Shown: positions 29,821 through 44,800 of the stretch, piece after piece
Position numbering within the stretch: position 1 is the stretch's first letter
Layout of the letters: every line of letters starts with the position of its first letter
NCBI GenBank assembly: GCA_965637545.1
Contig: OZ281494.1
Coordinates: forward strand, 12,152,001-12,216,000
Source of the DNA: Phallusia mammillata
Lineage: Eukaryota
Length of the DNA stretch: 64,000 nucleotides
Reading direction: 5' to 3'
Made by a program: the position numbers and the translations under genes
Notes under the pieces: model-generated
The model's database searches: none
Told to the model about the DNA's origin: nothing
The model's input: only the letters and a program-made list of their open reading frames with translations

Positions 29821-32800
29821 GTAAGTTTTTTCTTCCAATTTTATTGTTGGTTAAGTAAATTTATTCAAGAGATGGTGTTTTAACGCAGCTGCCGTTTCGT
29901 CATTTAGTCCAAACGTTGTTTTGATACACAGCCTCGCCTTTTCACCGAACAATAAAGTTCGAATTTGTTGCGCGGTTTAGTTGTATCTTACCAAAGTGAA
30001 GTGATAATCAAACTCATATCTACTGGTTTGTGACCAACGTATTAGGAACTTTACTGTTACAATTTCAAAAAAACGAGCCCATGACAACGCTTTACATTTT
30101 TACATTTATACAAAGTCATTGTGGTCAAAAATAGTATATTTATTGGTTTTAAAGATAAAACGTTTATTAAACTTTAGAACTTTAGGTTTCTATTACCAGG
30201 ACTGGAAAAACACGTTATACTGGAATGCTGGCATTCCAAACGTTTGTATACTTCGAGGGAATGCTTTCGCTTTATACTTTGTGGTTTACTTGGTACGTTA
30301 CCTAGAACAGGAATTGGTTGGTTGAAACCAGCTTTCTGTTTACGCAAGTACGCTGTGACGTGTATTCGTTGTATGTGTAGAAGTGAACGTGCGATTAACT
30401 GGGTTAAACATTAAACCGGAGTTCTTTATGTGAAGACTGGTTGTCGGGCAAAAACGGCTTGGTTTGATCAGAGTTGTAAATATGTGTATTACATCACATA
30501 GAGATAAGTCTAAAACGATGGAACATCATTGTGACCCAAAACATCAGTTTTGCTCGGCTAAGAACTGGATTGTTTTTATTTTTCAAAATGTAACATGGCA
30601 TTTTAAAGATCATTGTGAACAGTCCTATTTTGAAAAAAAAAACTTTAACTTTGATGCACAAAGATTTGTCGTTGACGCAGAATGACTTATTCAAACATTT
30701 TGCTTGAATTGTCCGAACAAGCGCACGTTTATAGCGTCATTGATAGTTCACATGTTAACTTCTGTTTTTGGGTCAGAGTGATGGCACACATCATCTTCCT
30801 ATATTTTTGAACAAAATTAAGACAAAAAAACGCGATCCTTCCTAGTGTGTTGATTGCCTTTTCGTTTTAACACCCGTTGACAAATCGCAAATCAATTAAG
30901 TTGATGGGACGATGGCAATGCCCACGGGTCTGACACTACACAAGCCCAATGCGTACAAATACGTAACTGGTAGCAGGCATTGTATGAACACACAAAGTCA
31001 TTCTCGCTGATGAAGCCGTTCCCCCGTTTCTCCCGCGGGGCCTGTTGATCATCCTGCGCCTTCTGTTCTGTGGAACGTTCATGCAGTAGTTGCTTATCTG
31101 GTTCCTGACCTTTACTTGTGCCAATACATTGTTCTGGAAAGAGCTAAATATGTCGTGACATTTTTTGAGTTTTGGGTGGACGTGCTCGTCCTAGAACTTT
31201 TGCCCCGCAATTGACTTGCACCCTTTTATGGATAATGTTGAGCGCTTCGATCGATATTTTGCCTTGCCTGCAAAAATTTATTCGAGGTTGACCACACAAA
31301 ACTCTACTTGGTGTCTGTATTCCCAACAACGAATGGCACTAATAATTCCATATCTTCATCGGGATTTTACTCGCATTAGAGTGGGAGCACGTTTTCAAAT
31401 AACATACTATTGTTGAAATTAACGATACATTTGTAACGGTTTTATGATCAATGTGACTTCGTCTGAAGATTTAGACCTTCGCGAAAACGTATTCATCACA
31501 TAAATATTTAATTACTCCCGATACATTTCCTATACTTAGTCTTGGACCGTTGCATTTCCAATGGGTAGAAAATTCACGCTACTTTATAAACGCCTAAACG
31601 ATTTTGCGCTTTTGCCATCAAACGATGCTATCAAGGTCGCCGATATTGTAATTCCATCGTAAGCTTTTCAGTTGGCCTTGTTAAAAGGTTTGACATCATC
31701 TTTGTCATTTGAATATTAAATTCGTTCTCTCGGCGGCAGACGTAATCTGCAAAAATATCCAATGTAAGACCTATGTAATACATTTGCGCTAATTGCTTTC
31801 CAAAATGTTAACAACTACACTTTTTATTAGGGTACTTTTTTAAGTAAGATTACAGCGCTATTTCTAAAGTCTCGTTAGTCAACAAACCGAAGTATTTTAA
31901 TCAGGATCATTTTTCGGAGTCTTTCAATGCTACTGGATTGTAAACGTTTTATTTTAATTGATATCACAAATCAAATCATCCTATTGGTTGTGACATCACC
32001 CACCTGTAAATACCAGGCTATAATTGTTTCAACCCAGCATTTATAAATGCCTTAAAATTGAGAAGTTGTTTTGGCAATATAATTGTTTCTTTGCGAAATA
32101 CTCCTGAATGGGCATGAATGACTTGGTACCCCGTAGTGATTTTATATCATCATTGGATGTAGTTTAATATAGGTCACTGCGTGAGACAGCAAATCTAATT
32201 GTCCTTGTACTTAATTATTCCCTAGTTCAAATTTACGCGTCATGTAGAATTTCATTTGCATTTGCGATTTATGGCAACGCGAATACACTGATTTTCCGGT
32301 TTTAATACGCTAGTGGTAACTCATTTTGTATAATTTGTCTAACACTATAGACGTTACCAGCAGTTGAAGTTTTTCTGCATATTAAATGTTTTGGAGGAAG
32401 AAAGGGTCGTTAATGGCTGCAGTACTTATTTTTACGGCAAAGGGCAGGGCTCGAGGTCAATGTCTCCTCCCACATGATCAATTGCATGTGAATTGAAACA
32501 TTATCCTCGGTAAGCGAGATAAATCGATTTGTTGGTCGATCAAAGCCAATCAGTTGATCTCAAATGCATCCGCTTTTAAATGTTCTCCATTTCCAATCAC
32601 CCATATGCAGGTTTATATTTACAACGTTAAAAAGGTTAGATACTCGAAATGAACGTTTTTTTGGCCAACGTTTCAGTTGAGGTCTTTTACAATATACTGT
32701 CGCGCGGGGAAAGAAGGGTTTTTGATGTCTTATGGTCTGTATTTATCGTTCGTGATAGGTTTCAAAATTATGTTTGGCCCACTTTCGCCAATTTGGAAAC

Positions 32801-35800
32801 CTTATAATTCTATAAGCTAATGTTTTCGTGATGTGAATGATTATTTTAAGGACTGTTGTTTCTTGAACTGAACAACTCTTATAAACGTATATTTTCGACA
32901 ATTGCTTCAAATTAGTGAACCCAAATCGTTTGGTCAGCATTTGGCCTCTTTTCGCTGACCACATTAGCACATGAGTGCAAATCCCCAACCCTGAATAGAA
33001 TACAGCAGATATGCCCAATACATTGTGTCATAGTCGTTGTTAACGTTTAACGGAAACAACTTCAAAGAACCAAAGCAAATCTCCGTTTATTATGGGGACT
33101 GAATGACTTCACAAACAACCACCCGCTATGTTCTAAGTTCTTTGATTGTCTTAAGCCACGCCAATTTGTTCGCTGGCAATTTGGTTTTGTTTCGCGAGCC
33201 ATTATGGCATTAGCTTTCAGTCGTTTAAGACCATTACGGCAGCGTTTGAAGTAAATTAGATCCATAATTAGTAAATACTGTATGGAAAGGACACACACGG
33301 ATTTGTTCGTTTCAAGCATGTTTTGGATCAGATGGCTTCCATTTCTTAGTGGAGAAGAGCATTTTTCAAGGACTAAACACACTAAACGCTACAGTTACTT
33401 ACGTACACACTGCAGAACGTGCTATCTTGTTTAAACGCGACTTAGAGATAAGCACGAAAAGATACCTTCCGAGCGTTACACACCAAGAAACATTAACTTA
33501 AGCAGCACAAGCAGGCAAACTTTAACATTACGGTTGTGTACCTATCCACTTAATGTTCGTGGGCAATCGTAGACAGGGACGAACTAAAGGATAAAATAAA
33601 TATTGACTTTGCCTCGTTGTGTTGACTTAATTATTGACCGCACACGCGTTGTTCAATGGTCAGCAGCACCTATAACTTACCATCGGCGCTTTCGCAATTC
33701 GTTTAGTTTGTTTTTCACGCTTTGTAATGTTTGTTTGCCCCTGGTGGTGCCAGCATGCAAAATAAAGGGGAAAAGTTGATTAATTTGTTGCGAAAGAATG
33801 TGTTCTGTGGCTGGAATTGTAATTTTACAGCAGTGTGCCACAGGACCTCCTGGATTTGACTTCCGTACACGTTTTTGCATCATTTTCAAAGGTTTTGCAA
33901 TGAGGTTTGACCAATGACCTGCGCAAACAAAACACAAACCTTTGATTTGTTTAAACGTTTTATTTCAACTTGATGTGTAGTATTCTATAAAACCACAAGA
34001 ACACGTGTAAACTCAAGCTACCCCAACACAGGTGCCCAAAGACCATTCAAATCCACTCATCTCACATCTTGCCACAAATTAGACGTTCGGCAAACGGTTT
34101 ACCCACACTCCGATTCGGTCGCTTCGGCTGTGGTCATTATGCGACACTTTCATTAAACGATGTGACAATAGACAAAGTGTTTCCTCTGTTGGTCAGTGAT
34201 GTGCGTGAAGTGCTGCTCAACTAAGATACGAGTGTCTTGAGAATCTATGTCAACTAGTTTACTCCATGCACTGCGTCGCCGGATTGACGAGTTCTTGCTC
34301 TTGTGGGTTAAAAGATCTACCCTCTAATTGGCGTTCTGGTTCGTTTACAAGTGGAGAATTTGTGTTGTTGTTTCGATAATAACGGCCACATAAGAATTTC
34401 GTGGTGGAAAGTGGCTAAGAGTACAATAGTTTAATTTGGTTCGATTTGCTTCAAATGTTAATCACATCATGCTGTCACAGAACAACACAAGACGCCACAA
34501 TAATAACGAAGTCACTGTTGCGATTTGGTTTGTATTAAGTCACTAGAAAAGTATGTGAATCGTAATGTCCGTGTTATCAATATTACAGCGCAACCAATAG
34601 CGTAGTATAAACAACGACCCTGGAAAACAGCTAATTTCCGGCGCCTGTGTAATGTATCGGTGATCATGCCAGGCCCCCGCATTAGGCCTATACTGCGCAA
34701 TCTTTGTTTTTCTACGATATTGCCTGTTTTCATTGGCACACCCCGCGTTTTTGAAACAGGCAGTCCCCCTAACAAATAGTACGCCAGGCCTATTGTGGGA
34801 ATCTATTATCACTACAAACCGTCCGCAAGTGGTTTTCTGTGAAACGTACTCACACGTGGAGCGTGTGCCATTCTCTATTCGGGTTTAATCTGGCGTAGCG
34901 GGCTGTCGTCGCTTCAAAATACGATTGTCTCAGGTTTTGCTCATCCAATATCCACTCCTAAGTGTTTAAATACCAAGTCACGAATTTTTCGATAAAATTC
35001 AGTTTCGACAAAAACGTAATTCAAACTTATATGAAATGATAGAAACAGTTTGGATACATAGTACATTTAAAACTGGTGTGTCAGCCAAACAAACTTCCAT
35101 TTATACGTATTGGTATATCTTACGTACAGCAATTTTACATGGATCATGCAGTTCCATCGCCAAGTGGGAATTTTTTACGTTTAACCTTTCGTTGTTGCCC
35201 TTAAACTTTTCATTGGGTTATTTCCGTTTTGTATATCGATTTGCTTGAATGTTGCGGTTGTTAAGATTGTGTGGCTGCATGGAACAGTTTGTTTCCTTAT
35301 CGAATTGTTGTTGCTTCAAGTTTAATAGAAAGTCTGTCTGTTCATGTTTTTGTTTTTGATTTGATTTTTGAAAAGCTAAAAAAAATCGGAGCAAAAAAAT
35401 CAGAGCTAGTATATTTGTGCAGAACATGACTACGTTTCGACAAGTGCTATTGTCATCATCAGGTTGTACGAAATAAAACCGACAGAAGGCATGCAACTAA
35501 GTGACGCACAAACCTCTGATTTTTGCTTAGATTATTCACAACCGTGAATAGTGTACCAACGTCAATGAAAAGTTTGAACAGAAACAGCTAGGACATCACC
35601 CGTTGGCTTAGCATCGCTGTGGACGTTGACAAATCCGAAACCGATTTTTCGTTCGTTTGGGACGTTGACCCAATTATACCCTGGCAACCAACCAACGGAA
35701 CCAGACAAGGTTTACTAACACCTGTCGAGCCGCCAGGGCACCAGGCACACAATTTTATACATGTTTACAAATTACATAATTTTAAAGAAAGGGCGACACA

Positions 35801-38800
35801 CGTTTTTTACAAGGGTCCAACCACACGGTTTCCGATTAGGACACTGCCCATTACAAAAGTGTAAGCGCCACTGAACAGGCTAAGCACCCATCTGCTTTCA
35901 CTTTCAACAGAGGACGATGTGTTGTTCCGCCAAAGCTCTATTCAACGGATCTCGCACGGGTATTGTGTGACGAGGGATCGGAGCTTGCGTTACCGTCTAA
36001 CGGGCTTTTATTTCGCGCTCCGCCGCCTTCATTGTCCCCAGTTATCCGGGTTTAAAAGTACAACAAAACGCGGTGTCTTGCCTGGAGTGGTTAAGGGCGT
36101 GGGCTCGTTCCTGGCTGCGTATTTTTCTCTTCCTGCCAAAATCGAAAACTGCATCTGCTGTACTTGGTGTATGCTATTTGCCCCCTCCCTTCATGCATCT
36201 GCTACCCTGGTGTAATGGATCGGCGATAATGTAAAAAGTCTCTTAAATAACTTAAAATTAAGCGTGTTTTTATAGTTGCTCCTAAGTCTAACAAGTCATG
36301 CTGCTATATTTATCATATTGGCGGCAGAGCCAAGCACCGCCTGGTTTTTATGTTGGCGAACTTTTTGCAGTCGCATAACGTTTTAGCAGACAATAGTATG
36401 CCAAAACTATACTAGTATGTCAACAAAATTCTAATTTTCCACTGCAAAAACCACGAAACTGGAAATTCGATTTGAAAATGTAAGACCTGCGTTAACGCGT
36501 TTTTGTATTATAACAAAACATTCTTGCACGTTGATAAAGACGCCTCGTGTAGGACACATCGAAACGTCGGTTGACTTATAAAATGTCGGCATATATTTTC
36601 ATTTGAAATTTCGGTTTATCAAGATTGGGTGTTGAATTGTATGTTGCTATGTTAAAGCACAGGATTCCAACACAACAAACAAAAGTTACTGTAAGTCGTC
36701 AGTGTCATATGCATACTGGGCGAATCCCGGAGTTCAGTGGTCAGTGTGCGGTTGGTGATCTGTCCTGTGACGTGTTAGGCAAACCGAGCGGTTTCAAGAA
36801 CAATTTTTGACGTCGAAAGGCGGATAATCATGGGGGGATTAAACCGCTCCTCCACTTGCTGCAAAATATTTTTTTTAATCCGACTGCGTGTGACCTTATG
36901 CACTGAAAGACATGCGTGATGTCAAAGTTAAGTGTTTTCCAATGCAGCCAGAAGCCACAGCAATCCCGCTTGCGACTCTAGCAGACAGACTGTCCATGAT
37001 TTATGCATGGGAAGTCTCGTGCGGCTACGGGTTGCTTATGGTGGCAACGCAAGCCAACTTGTCAGGCCTACTCGTATAACTTTGCATGGTTCTTCAATTA
37101 TATTTCTCCCTGCCCGCCAGTTTGGTATTGATTGATTCGAAAGAACCATTAGGAACATTTGATGGCCGTTGAAGAATTAAGGCACCTTTGCTGGATATGT
37201 TTTCCTTTGTTTGTAGTTCGTTTTACTTTTAAAAGCAACACTAAAAGCTTCGGATGAAAATAATGCGTTTCCCTTTAATGCTGCACCTAAGTCATCACTT
37301 CAATTGGTTAACTGTTTCAATTTTTTTTTCAACTGAGTTTTGAGTCAAATTGTGGCATGGTTAATTAAGAAACATTGCAACTTTATTAACCGTTTTATTG
37401 CGGCTGTGTTTAATGTAGTTGTTGTAATGGGGAAAATCGTGGTTAAGATGAAGGTTTTGGCAATTATTATCCGAAACAGAGTAAAGTTAACGAGTTTGTT
37501 AATCAAATGCAAGTCAGTTTCAAACTGCGTTTGCTCGCATTGGAACTCTGGAAAGCATGCATTAATCCTGTATCGGTTCATTAGCGCTACCTACCGGCCA
37601 CAGCCTGTTAGTGTTACAACAATGTCACTGATATCATTTGACTTTTTTAGACTTTAAAGACAGGATTGGACAAAATATGACAAAAAATAATGAAAAGGGC
37701 ACAGGCACTGAAACCTTTTCCGTGATTTATTGGTGGCTCATAGCAAACACTTACGTTTTATATTTATTTTTTTAGTTCATTGCCTCACCGGACTTACAGT
37801 TCTGGTTGGAAAATCTGCACTACTTCCGTGTGACGTGGCACCAAGCACTGACGACGCATCACCCTACGTCATTCAGTGGTTACGTCAGACTCAAGAAGTA
37901 CCCGTTTTTATGAAAATTGGAAAGAATCCGGTTATTATAAGTCCGCATTTTAAAGGTACGTTTTTTGTCGTGTTTTTCCCAATTCTGCTCTAAAATACAA
38001 TTCTCTTGCGAAAAATTTTACCTGTTTGTTGACCGCCACGTAATATTTTGTGCTTACGTGGTTCAAACCAATTAAACAGCGTACATCAAGCGTCCCTATA
38101 GTGGAACACAACAAAAATAAAAATACCAAAACACATTTTAGAGACAAAAATATTCCCACACTTTGTTTGTCACGAACCCAAAACCCAACTTTTTCCTGTT
38201 CGATAAAACCTGACGTTTTTTGGTTATTTGTCAAACAACTGTTTTACAATTATCTTTCCACTTTCGCTTGCCTATTCCCGGATAGCTTTGGAGTCAGTTG
38301 TCAAAATAGTGACAGCAAACGCAATCAACGAAGGTAGGTGTGACGTCATGTGCTGTGTTGTGACGTCAAAACTGTTGTGCTTTCGCTTATAGCATAAATT
38401 GTTAAGAATTTAAGACATACGCTCAAATTTTATCGTATACGTCAGGCATGTACAAAGGTTTTGTATCAAATCAAGTTTTCAAAATACAATATAAGTAGTT
38501 TTCTGGAATTTTGAGTGAATGTCGGAATTAGGCAAAGCGTTTGTTTGAGATTTATCGATTTTATCTGTTAAGAGCAGATTAATGTGAAGTAATTGACAGT
38601 GACGCTACAAATTAATGTTGTGTTTATTTTGTCTGTGGAATTGTCATGAGTGGTTGTTTTTAGTTCATCAACCTAAACACATCTAAATAGAAAACTGTCA
38701 ACCACGACAAAATGCAAATCATTATTTCACGTCTAGTTCAGGACTTTCCCGAAATTGTTTTTTTTTTTCATTTATCTTTATTGCAACAACATGCGCAATG

Positions 38801-41800
38801 TATAGCTTTCGCAACGGAAGAAGGGTATTTTATCCTGTCAATATTTGATGTGTGCAATATTGCTTGTCTGCCAAGCAAGGAGCGGAAGCCACTTCGCCAT
38901 CTCACTCAAATTCCCGTATCAGATAATGGTTCACCATGAATATTTCATCGCAAGGCAAAAATACCTGACGGATAACGGTCTTACATGGAGAAAGGTTTTA
39001 TCTGATCTCCTGAAGGTTTAAACGAAAATTTTTCATCCTGCTGGTTGACAGTTGATTGAAAATTCTTGCCTTAATACAAACATTGGATGTTTGAAAGGGA
39101 TTTACGCTTTATACTTTTCAATATGACCACTTATATGCCAGGTCTTGATCCGGTTGTCTCATTTTATACACTCCCCTTGGCTTAAACCTTTACATGGAAC
39201 CAAACGATGTACTGCTTACAAAATTGTGACATTAATGTTTTGGTCAGTTGTCTAAATTAATTACCTTACTGTTTAAGCAACTACAAAACCGTATTATTTT
39301 GACCGTTTCAACGAATAAGTTTTGTCATCCAATTATCGCACATTCACCTTGCTACTAAAAACACTGGGTTGTTTGTGAATGAATTTCGATGCAACCTGTA
39401 CAATGTGTTTTTAACTCTTGCGTTTGTACTCACTGTTCAAATGTTTTTCTATGTATATTTTGTTTTTTCACCGGGTATATGTCTGTATGTGGGTCAGACG
39501 CGTTGGAACATTCGGCCAAGTTCTTGCCCTAACGCTATGTTCAATCTCAGGTCGTCTGACTCTGCTGAGCAACAGCGCTACCCTACGGATATCAGATTTA
39601 CAATTATCAGACGAGGGGTGGTATCAATGCAAGATTCTGTATCTCGACGAACGGCCAATCAATAACGGGACGCTCACACATCTTGTAGTGGACGGTGAGT
39701 AAAGTAGCTTTTGTGACAATTCCTCAAAATTTGTTTTTCGTTAGAACCGAAACCTAAGGTTTCGAGTTTTTCAATAAGAATAAATAGTCTAACGTGGAAA
39801 AAGACATCCTGTATGATGATGTTCACGCACAGTGCATGTAAATTTTAAATTATCTGAACAATATTCAATCCAAACCCCAATAATGTGCATTCACAAACTG
39901 AACCACTTAGCAGAAGACAATATGGGTGCGCCAAAGCGAAAACCATTTCTAAAATTGTCAGTCATACTCTTATTGACATAATTAACTCCGATTGGTGACT
40001 GTCTGTGTATATCGAGCGTACAAGTGCGACACGAATCGATGTGACAATCGGCAAAATTGCGTGTATTCGTTTAGGGTTCTTAAAGGTACTTCAGTTAAGA
40101 GCTGGAGGGACATTGTTGTGTCACAATAAGCACTCAAACTCTATTCGATTGGAGAGTGGTGAAAGTTATGTGTAGTAAGTTTGCCAGTAAAAAGTCTTGC
40201 CATGATTGGTATTGATTCTAAACAATTTGGAATAGAATAATAGAAACCGTTTTACTCTTGAGGTAGACAGAGTTTTGCAACAAGCGTTGTGCAGTCGTAT
40301 ATAAAATATGTTCTATGAAAAATTCAAGCATAAAACTTAATGAAAATAACGCCCTAACAAGTAGGCCTAACAATAATTTTGAAAATGATATATTTTACGT
40401 TGGGTGATGCGCAAAACATAACGAAACCATGCGAATTTAAAAGCAGTACCGAAACTACCAAACATTTCCCAGAGAAACCCAGTCCATGTATAATGCTGTG
40501 ACGTGATGTAATATCGAGCAGAATTAAGTCCTTAATAAAGGTTGCAATATGCAGACGTACTACGCAGTCTCGAACGCAATAATCCAAGGACGCGCTCTGG
40601 GCGGAGCGAATGCAATTAAACGTTTTTCTGCGCATGGTTCACGGCTCTATACGCGACAGATGTTAAGCCCTGGGTCAAGTGCTACTCTACGCTTCATATA
40701 ATGGACTATGACATGAATATACTTGAATAAGAGTACAGTATAAGTGTATAAATTTGTCAGCAGTGTTGCATATTACTGTGTGTTGCTAAAAAGGTTTAAC
40801 ATGATTCGGAGACTTGAGTTTCGACTAAAATGATATCAACTGTATTAGGGAATTATGGTCGTGAAACAGTACTGAGCGATATAGAAGTTTAGTCTAAAAC
40901 TTTGGAATGTTATAACTGGTTGTGTACATTGCAATACGGTTTGTTTTATGCAAGCAGTAAAACGTTACTAACTGTACTATTTTTCCATGCTAAGGCCGAA
41001 TAGTACAAAGATGCTATAATCTGGTTGTTACTTGTATTTTGCATTTTTTCATTCAGTGTTATTTATGAAGTGACAAAGGCTGTAGTATATGCCCACCTGA
41101 GTTTACACGATACAGTTCTGTAGGAAAAAGTATGAGTACAAAGCCTTAGTGACGAAACAACTTATGACAAATAGTCAACTTGGTCAGCAAAGTTACACTG
41201 TTTACGAGAAGCTGATATAGCAATCGATCACGTGCATCGACGACTTGGCCTGCACTCATAAACAAAAAAGAAAACAATGTCTTGGAATAATGCTGTGCAT
41301 TGTACGCTGTTGTCGATTAAAATTCGTCTAGTGTCTTGGGATGTTTAGAAAATTGTCGGTGGCTATTGTGGGTGCAGTCTAGGTAGAATGTTGTTGGAAA
41401 ACTTTATTTCCTACACCCGCTAGTATTTTTACAGCAAACTTGGTTGTCAACTATGAAGCGACGTGTAAGGAACCTAAGAGTAAATAATAAAGCTATCTTC
41501 TGTAAATCGAAAAATCTGCGAAAAAATGGATTGTAAAGTGCTGATGTCATAAAAGCTTGATCTATCGGATTTTAACACTTTTTTCGCACATTTTGTTCCT
41601 AATCCACTTTTCAGTGAAGTTTTGATAGACATGTACATTTAGTTTGGCTCAGAGTCTCAAAATATCATTGTAAGTTTTCATATATGCAAGCATCGCGGAA
41701 TCGATAAGATAGATCTCGTCGGTTTCAATTGGGTTTAAAACGATTTTAAATTCATTGCAATATGTTGAAAGAAAAAGTGGAAATTTTGCTGTCTGTTTTA

Positions 41801-44800
41801 ATTATGTGGCACACCACTGACGTTCAAGTATGTTAAAGAAATGAAAATGTTGAATTCGTTCCAATGCCTTATATAATAATTGTAATGCGTAGATTTTTTC
41901 AAGCTTAATGGACTAGTAACAGCAGTTTTCATCAAGCATATGTTGCGGAAGAAATACATGTAACTGACATTTTAAGAAAGAAAGAAACTGTTAAAGCAAA
42001 GTGTGGATACAATTTGTTTTGCCTGGAAATTTGCCTGAGTTTGTTATGTTCGTAGTAGTTTTTGAACACAGGTGTTGCTTAGTATAGTAGCCCATCGCTT
42101 TAGTTGGAGTACAAAGAGTGTGTAGCAATTAACGCAAGTGCTTCAAACCTCCTCTCCACAACACGATGCTAGTGAAAGCAAAGTGGATCAGTGAACAAGA
42201 AAAAGCCCCATTGAGCCTTAGTTAGTTAGCTATGTAGCTAATTGCGCGCTAAACAACAAAAATGTTTCTTTTGTTGCGTGAAGACTTAAAGGTGTCGTTT
42301 AGCGAGCCCCGTTGCTTTGTCCGTTAACTCTTATCCCAAGTTGGTCCCTCAGTCGTTTGATTCATTATTCAGAGTGCAGTACTTAGTACAGGTTAATGCT
42401 GTCTTTCAGTGGCGTTGGAAAACGGTTTAAAAGGCGATTAAAATGTTGTCTGTAAGATTGCTAGGCATATGTTACACCCTGAGTTAATGGTTTATTCATT
42501 GATATTCTCGCCTGATTATATCATAATCGGTTTTGCAGGTCATCGCTGGATCATCACAGCTATAGTAGAAAAGTGGTCGGTTGCATTTGTGCTTGTGCCT
42601 TCGTTACATGGTGTTATGTGATTATTTTGTGTTCGATGTGGAGAAATCTTAGGCTTGGTATAGCGGTTTTGAAAGTTATGATAACTTTAGTGACGAGGTT
42701 TTTCGCCGTTAGCCTGTGTTGTCAACATGAGTTTAAACTCTATACAAACGAACTATAACTTGCTAACCAACGTTTTTGCACTTTAATACATGCTTATTTA
42801 GTTTCACTGTTCATTGGATAAGATGTTTGGAAATTGATTATTTTTTAAATATTTAAAATGGCCTGCGTTTATCCTTCTTATCTTGTCTATGTTATTTCAA
42901 CGAGCTCTACCTTGTAGGCCATGTTTAGCTTTATCGTACAACAACATGAACAAAACGTCGGCAGAAAAGCAGGTTTTTCGTGCAATACTTGCACAAAAAG
43001 ATAAATTTAACGTTCAATTAAGTTCAAACAGGGGAAGGGGGTTAGCTATTTTGTTCTTTATTGGCCTTTTCTCACGGGACTCGGTCCGACAAAAACAATA
43101 ATAAAACCCAATTAAGGTCGATTAAACAGCTGTGTTATTTCAACATACATTATAAAAATATCGAGTAGTAAAAAGGTGTGCGAAAAAGACCGAGTAGTAA
43201 ATTGATATTTTGCATTTTAAAACTTATTGAAACAAGTCCGATGCGTTTTGAAGACTTGAACCTTTGGAAAGTAAACATGTTTTGTTACTGTTATGTGTTT
43301 TTTAGAGTTTTGTTGCAAATTAAACTAAGAGCATATTTTGTTCAGACAGCGTCATAGTTTGTTTTAAGATTGTCAAAATTTAGCAACTTGAAAAAACAAA
43401 CGCCATTTTGTACCACATTACATCATATTGTGAGTCATATTTGAAGCAAAAAGTCCCGTATTTCGTCATGCAGACGTAACTATGATTACTTAAAGCTAAA
43501 CCATCACGCCCAGCAATGAATCAATAAACTTTCTCTAGGATGCAAACGTAGTCGAATCAGAATTTTACCTAAATCGCCCAGCTCCGCCGCTAAAACCCAT
43601 TTCAATTTATGTCAGGCCCGGCCAACGACAGATAATCCACACTTGAAGTGGAAATACTCACAATCGATCGACATTTGGTCGTTATTAGGTCCACCCGCCA
43701 CTTGCTCCTTTTTTCGGTCTCTTGTGTGCGCCAGGCTCGATTGCTCAGGTGAACTGAAAAGTGCTCGTTCTGTCTTACTTGTGGTAGTTTTGATGAGTTG
43801 TCAAGGTCTGATATGTGTAGGTTTTATTGAGTTTGTTTTGATTGGAGCTGTGAGTTTAGGATGCGCATCAAGGAAATATTAAAGTCCCCCAAAGAACGCA
43901 TCAGCAGAATTGATTTGATTAAAATTTATATGAGGGTTCTTCAACAATGTCGCTTGTTGTACGATAATTCAATTCGTAGGAAAGTTAAACCGATGTTCTA
44001 TCAGTGCAGTATCTGTAATGGTAGTCAAAAACACGTAAGCGTATTTAAAAAATCCGTTCTGACTGTGAGAAGAAGTAGTCAACACCATAGTAAATTTTAA
44101 AAAAATCTTACACTGTATGATATGTTTGGTACAGTAGTGATAGATAACTTTATGTGGTGTAACTGTCGCCTGTAAGTGTCTTTATTGTTCTGTATTTTTT
44201 GTTCTTGAGCTATTTTAGGGTTAAAAGCATGACAAAATGGTGCGGCGTCTACGCAGTTGACATTTAATACTATTTATATTAAAAAACGTTGGATATTTTA
44301 TCCTCTGTTAATTTTACATGTTGAGCAAAAAAGTAGAAAGTTTGCACGCTTAAAGCATACCGGAGTTCTATAGCCGAACTGTTCCCGCAAAAGTTTATCT
44401 CTTTATCTCAAACGCTATTCGATGTCGTGTCAAGATAATTACAAACTGAACGGTAAATAAATAAGAATATTCACGATACAACGAACTAGAAGTTTGTCAG
44501 CAAGTGCTTAAAAAAGAATTACGCCCTCTCCCGTAGATAAGTCCGTCCGCGAATAAATAATAAATGAAGTTAAATGGTACCGGTGACTTGTGCAGGATGC
44601 CGTTTCAAGCGGTTCCTTTATGTGTCACATAAACTTTAGATGGAATTGAATATTAATTCCGTGCGTGTTATGTAATCCTTTGTTTAGACCCTTTTAAAGT
44701 CTTTTGGAGTTGTTTTATATTTTTGCGACGAGCCAGCATTTTTTGTTGGATAAGTTAGGTTTCTGAACATTTATGCTTCTGATAGAATAGTCTCCTTGTG

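Noticed and set aside
30900-37200. GC-richer patches and 60-100 aa ORFs in gene B intron 1, as a nested gene or extra first exons
   Set aside because: No chain of compatible splice sites or recognisable domain on either strand; may be enhancers but cannot be supported from sequence.
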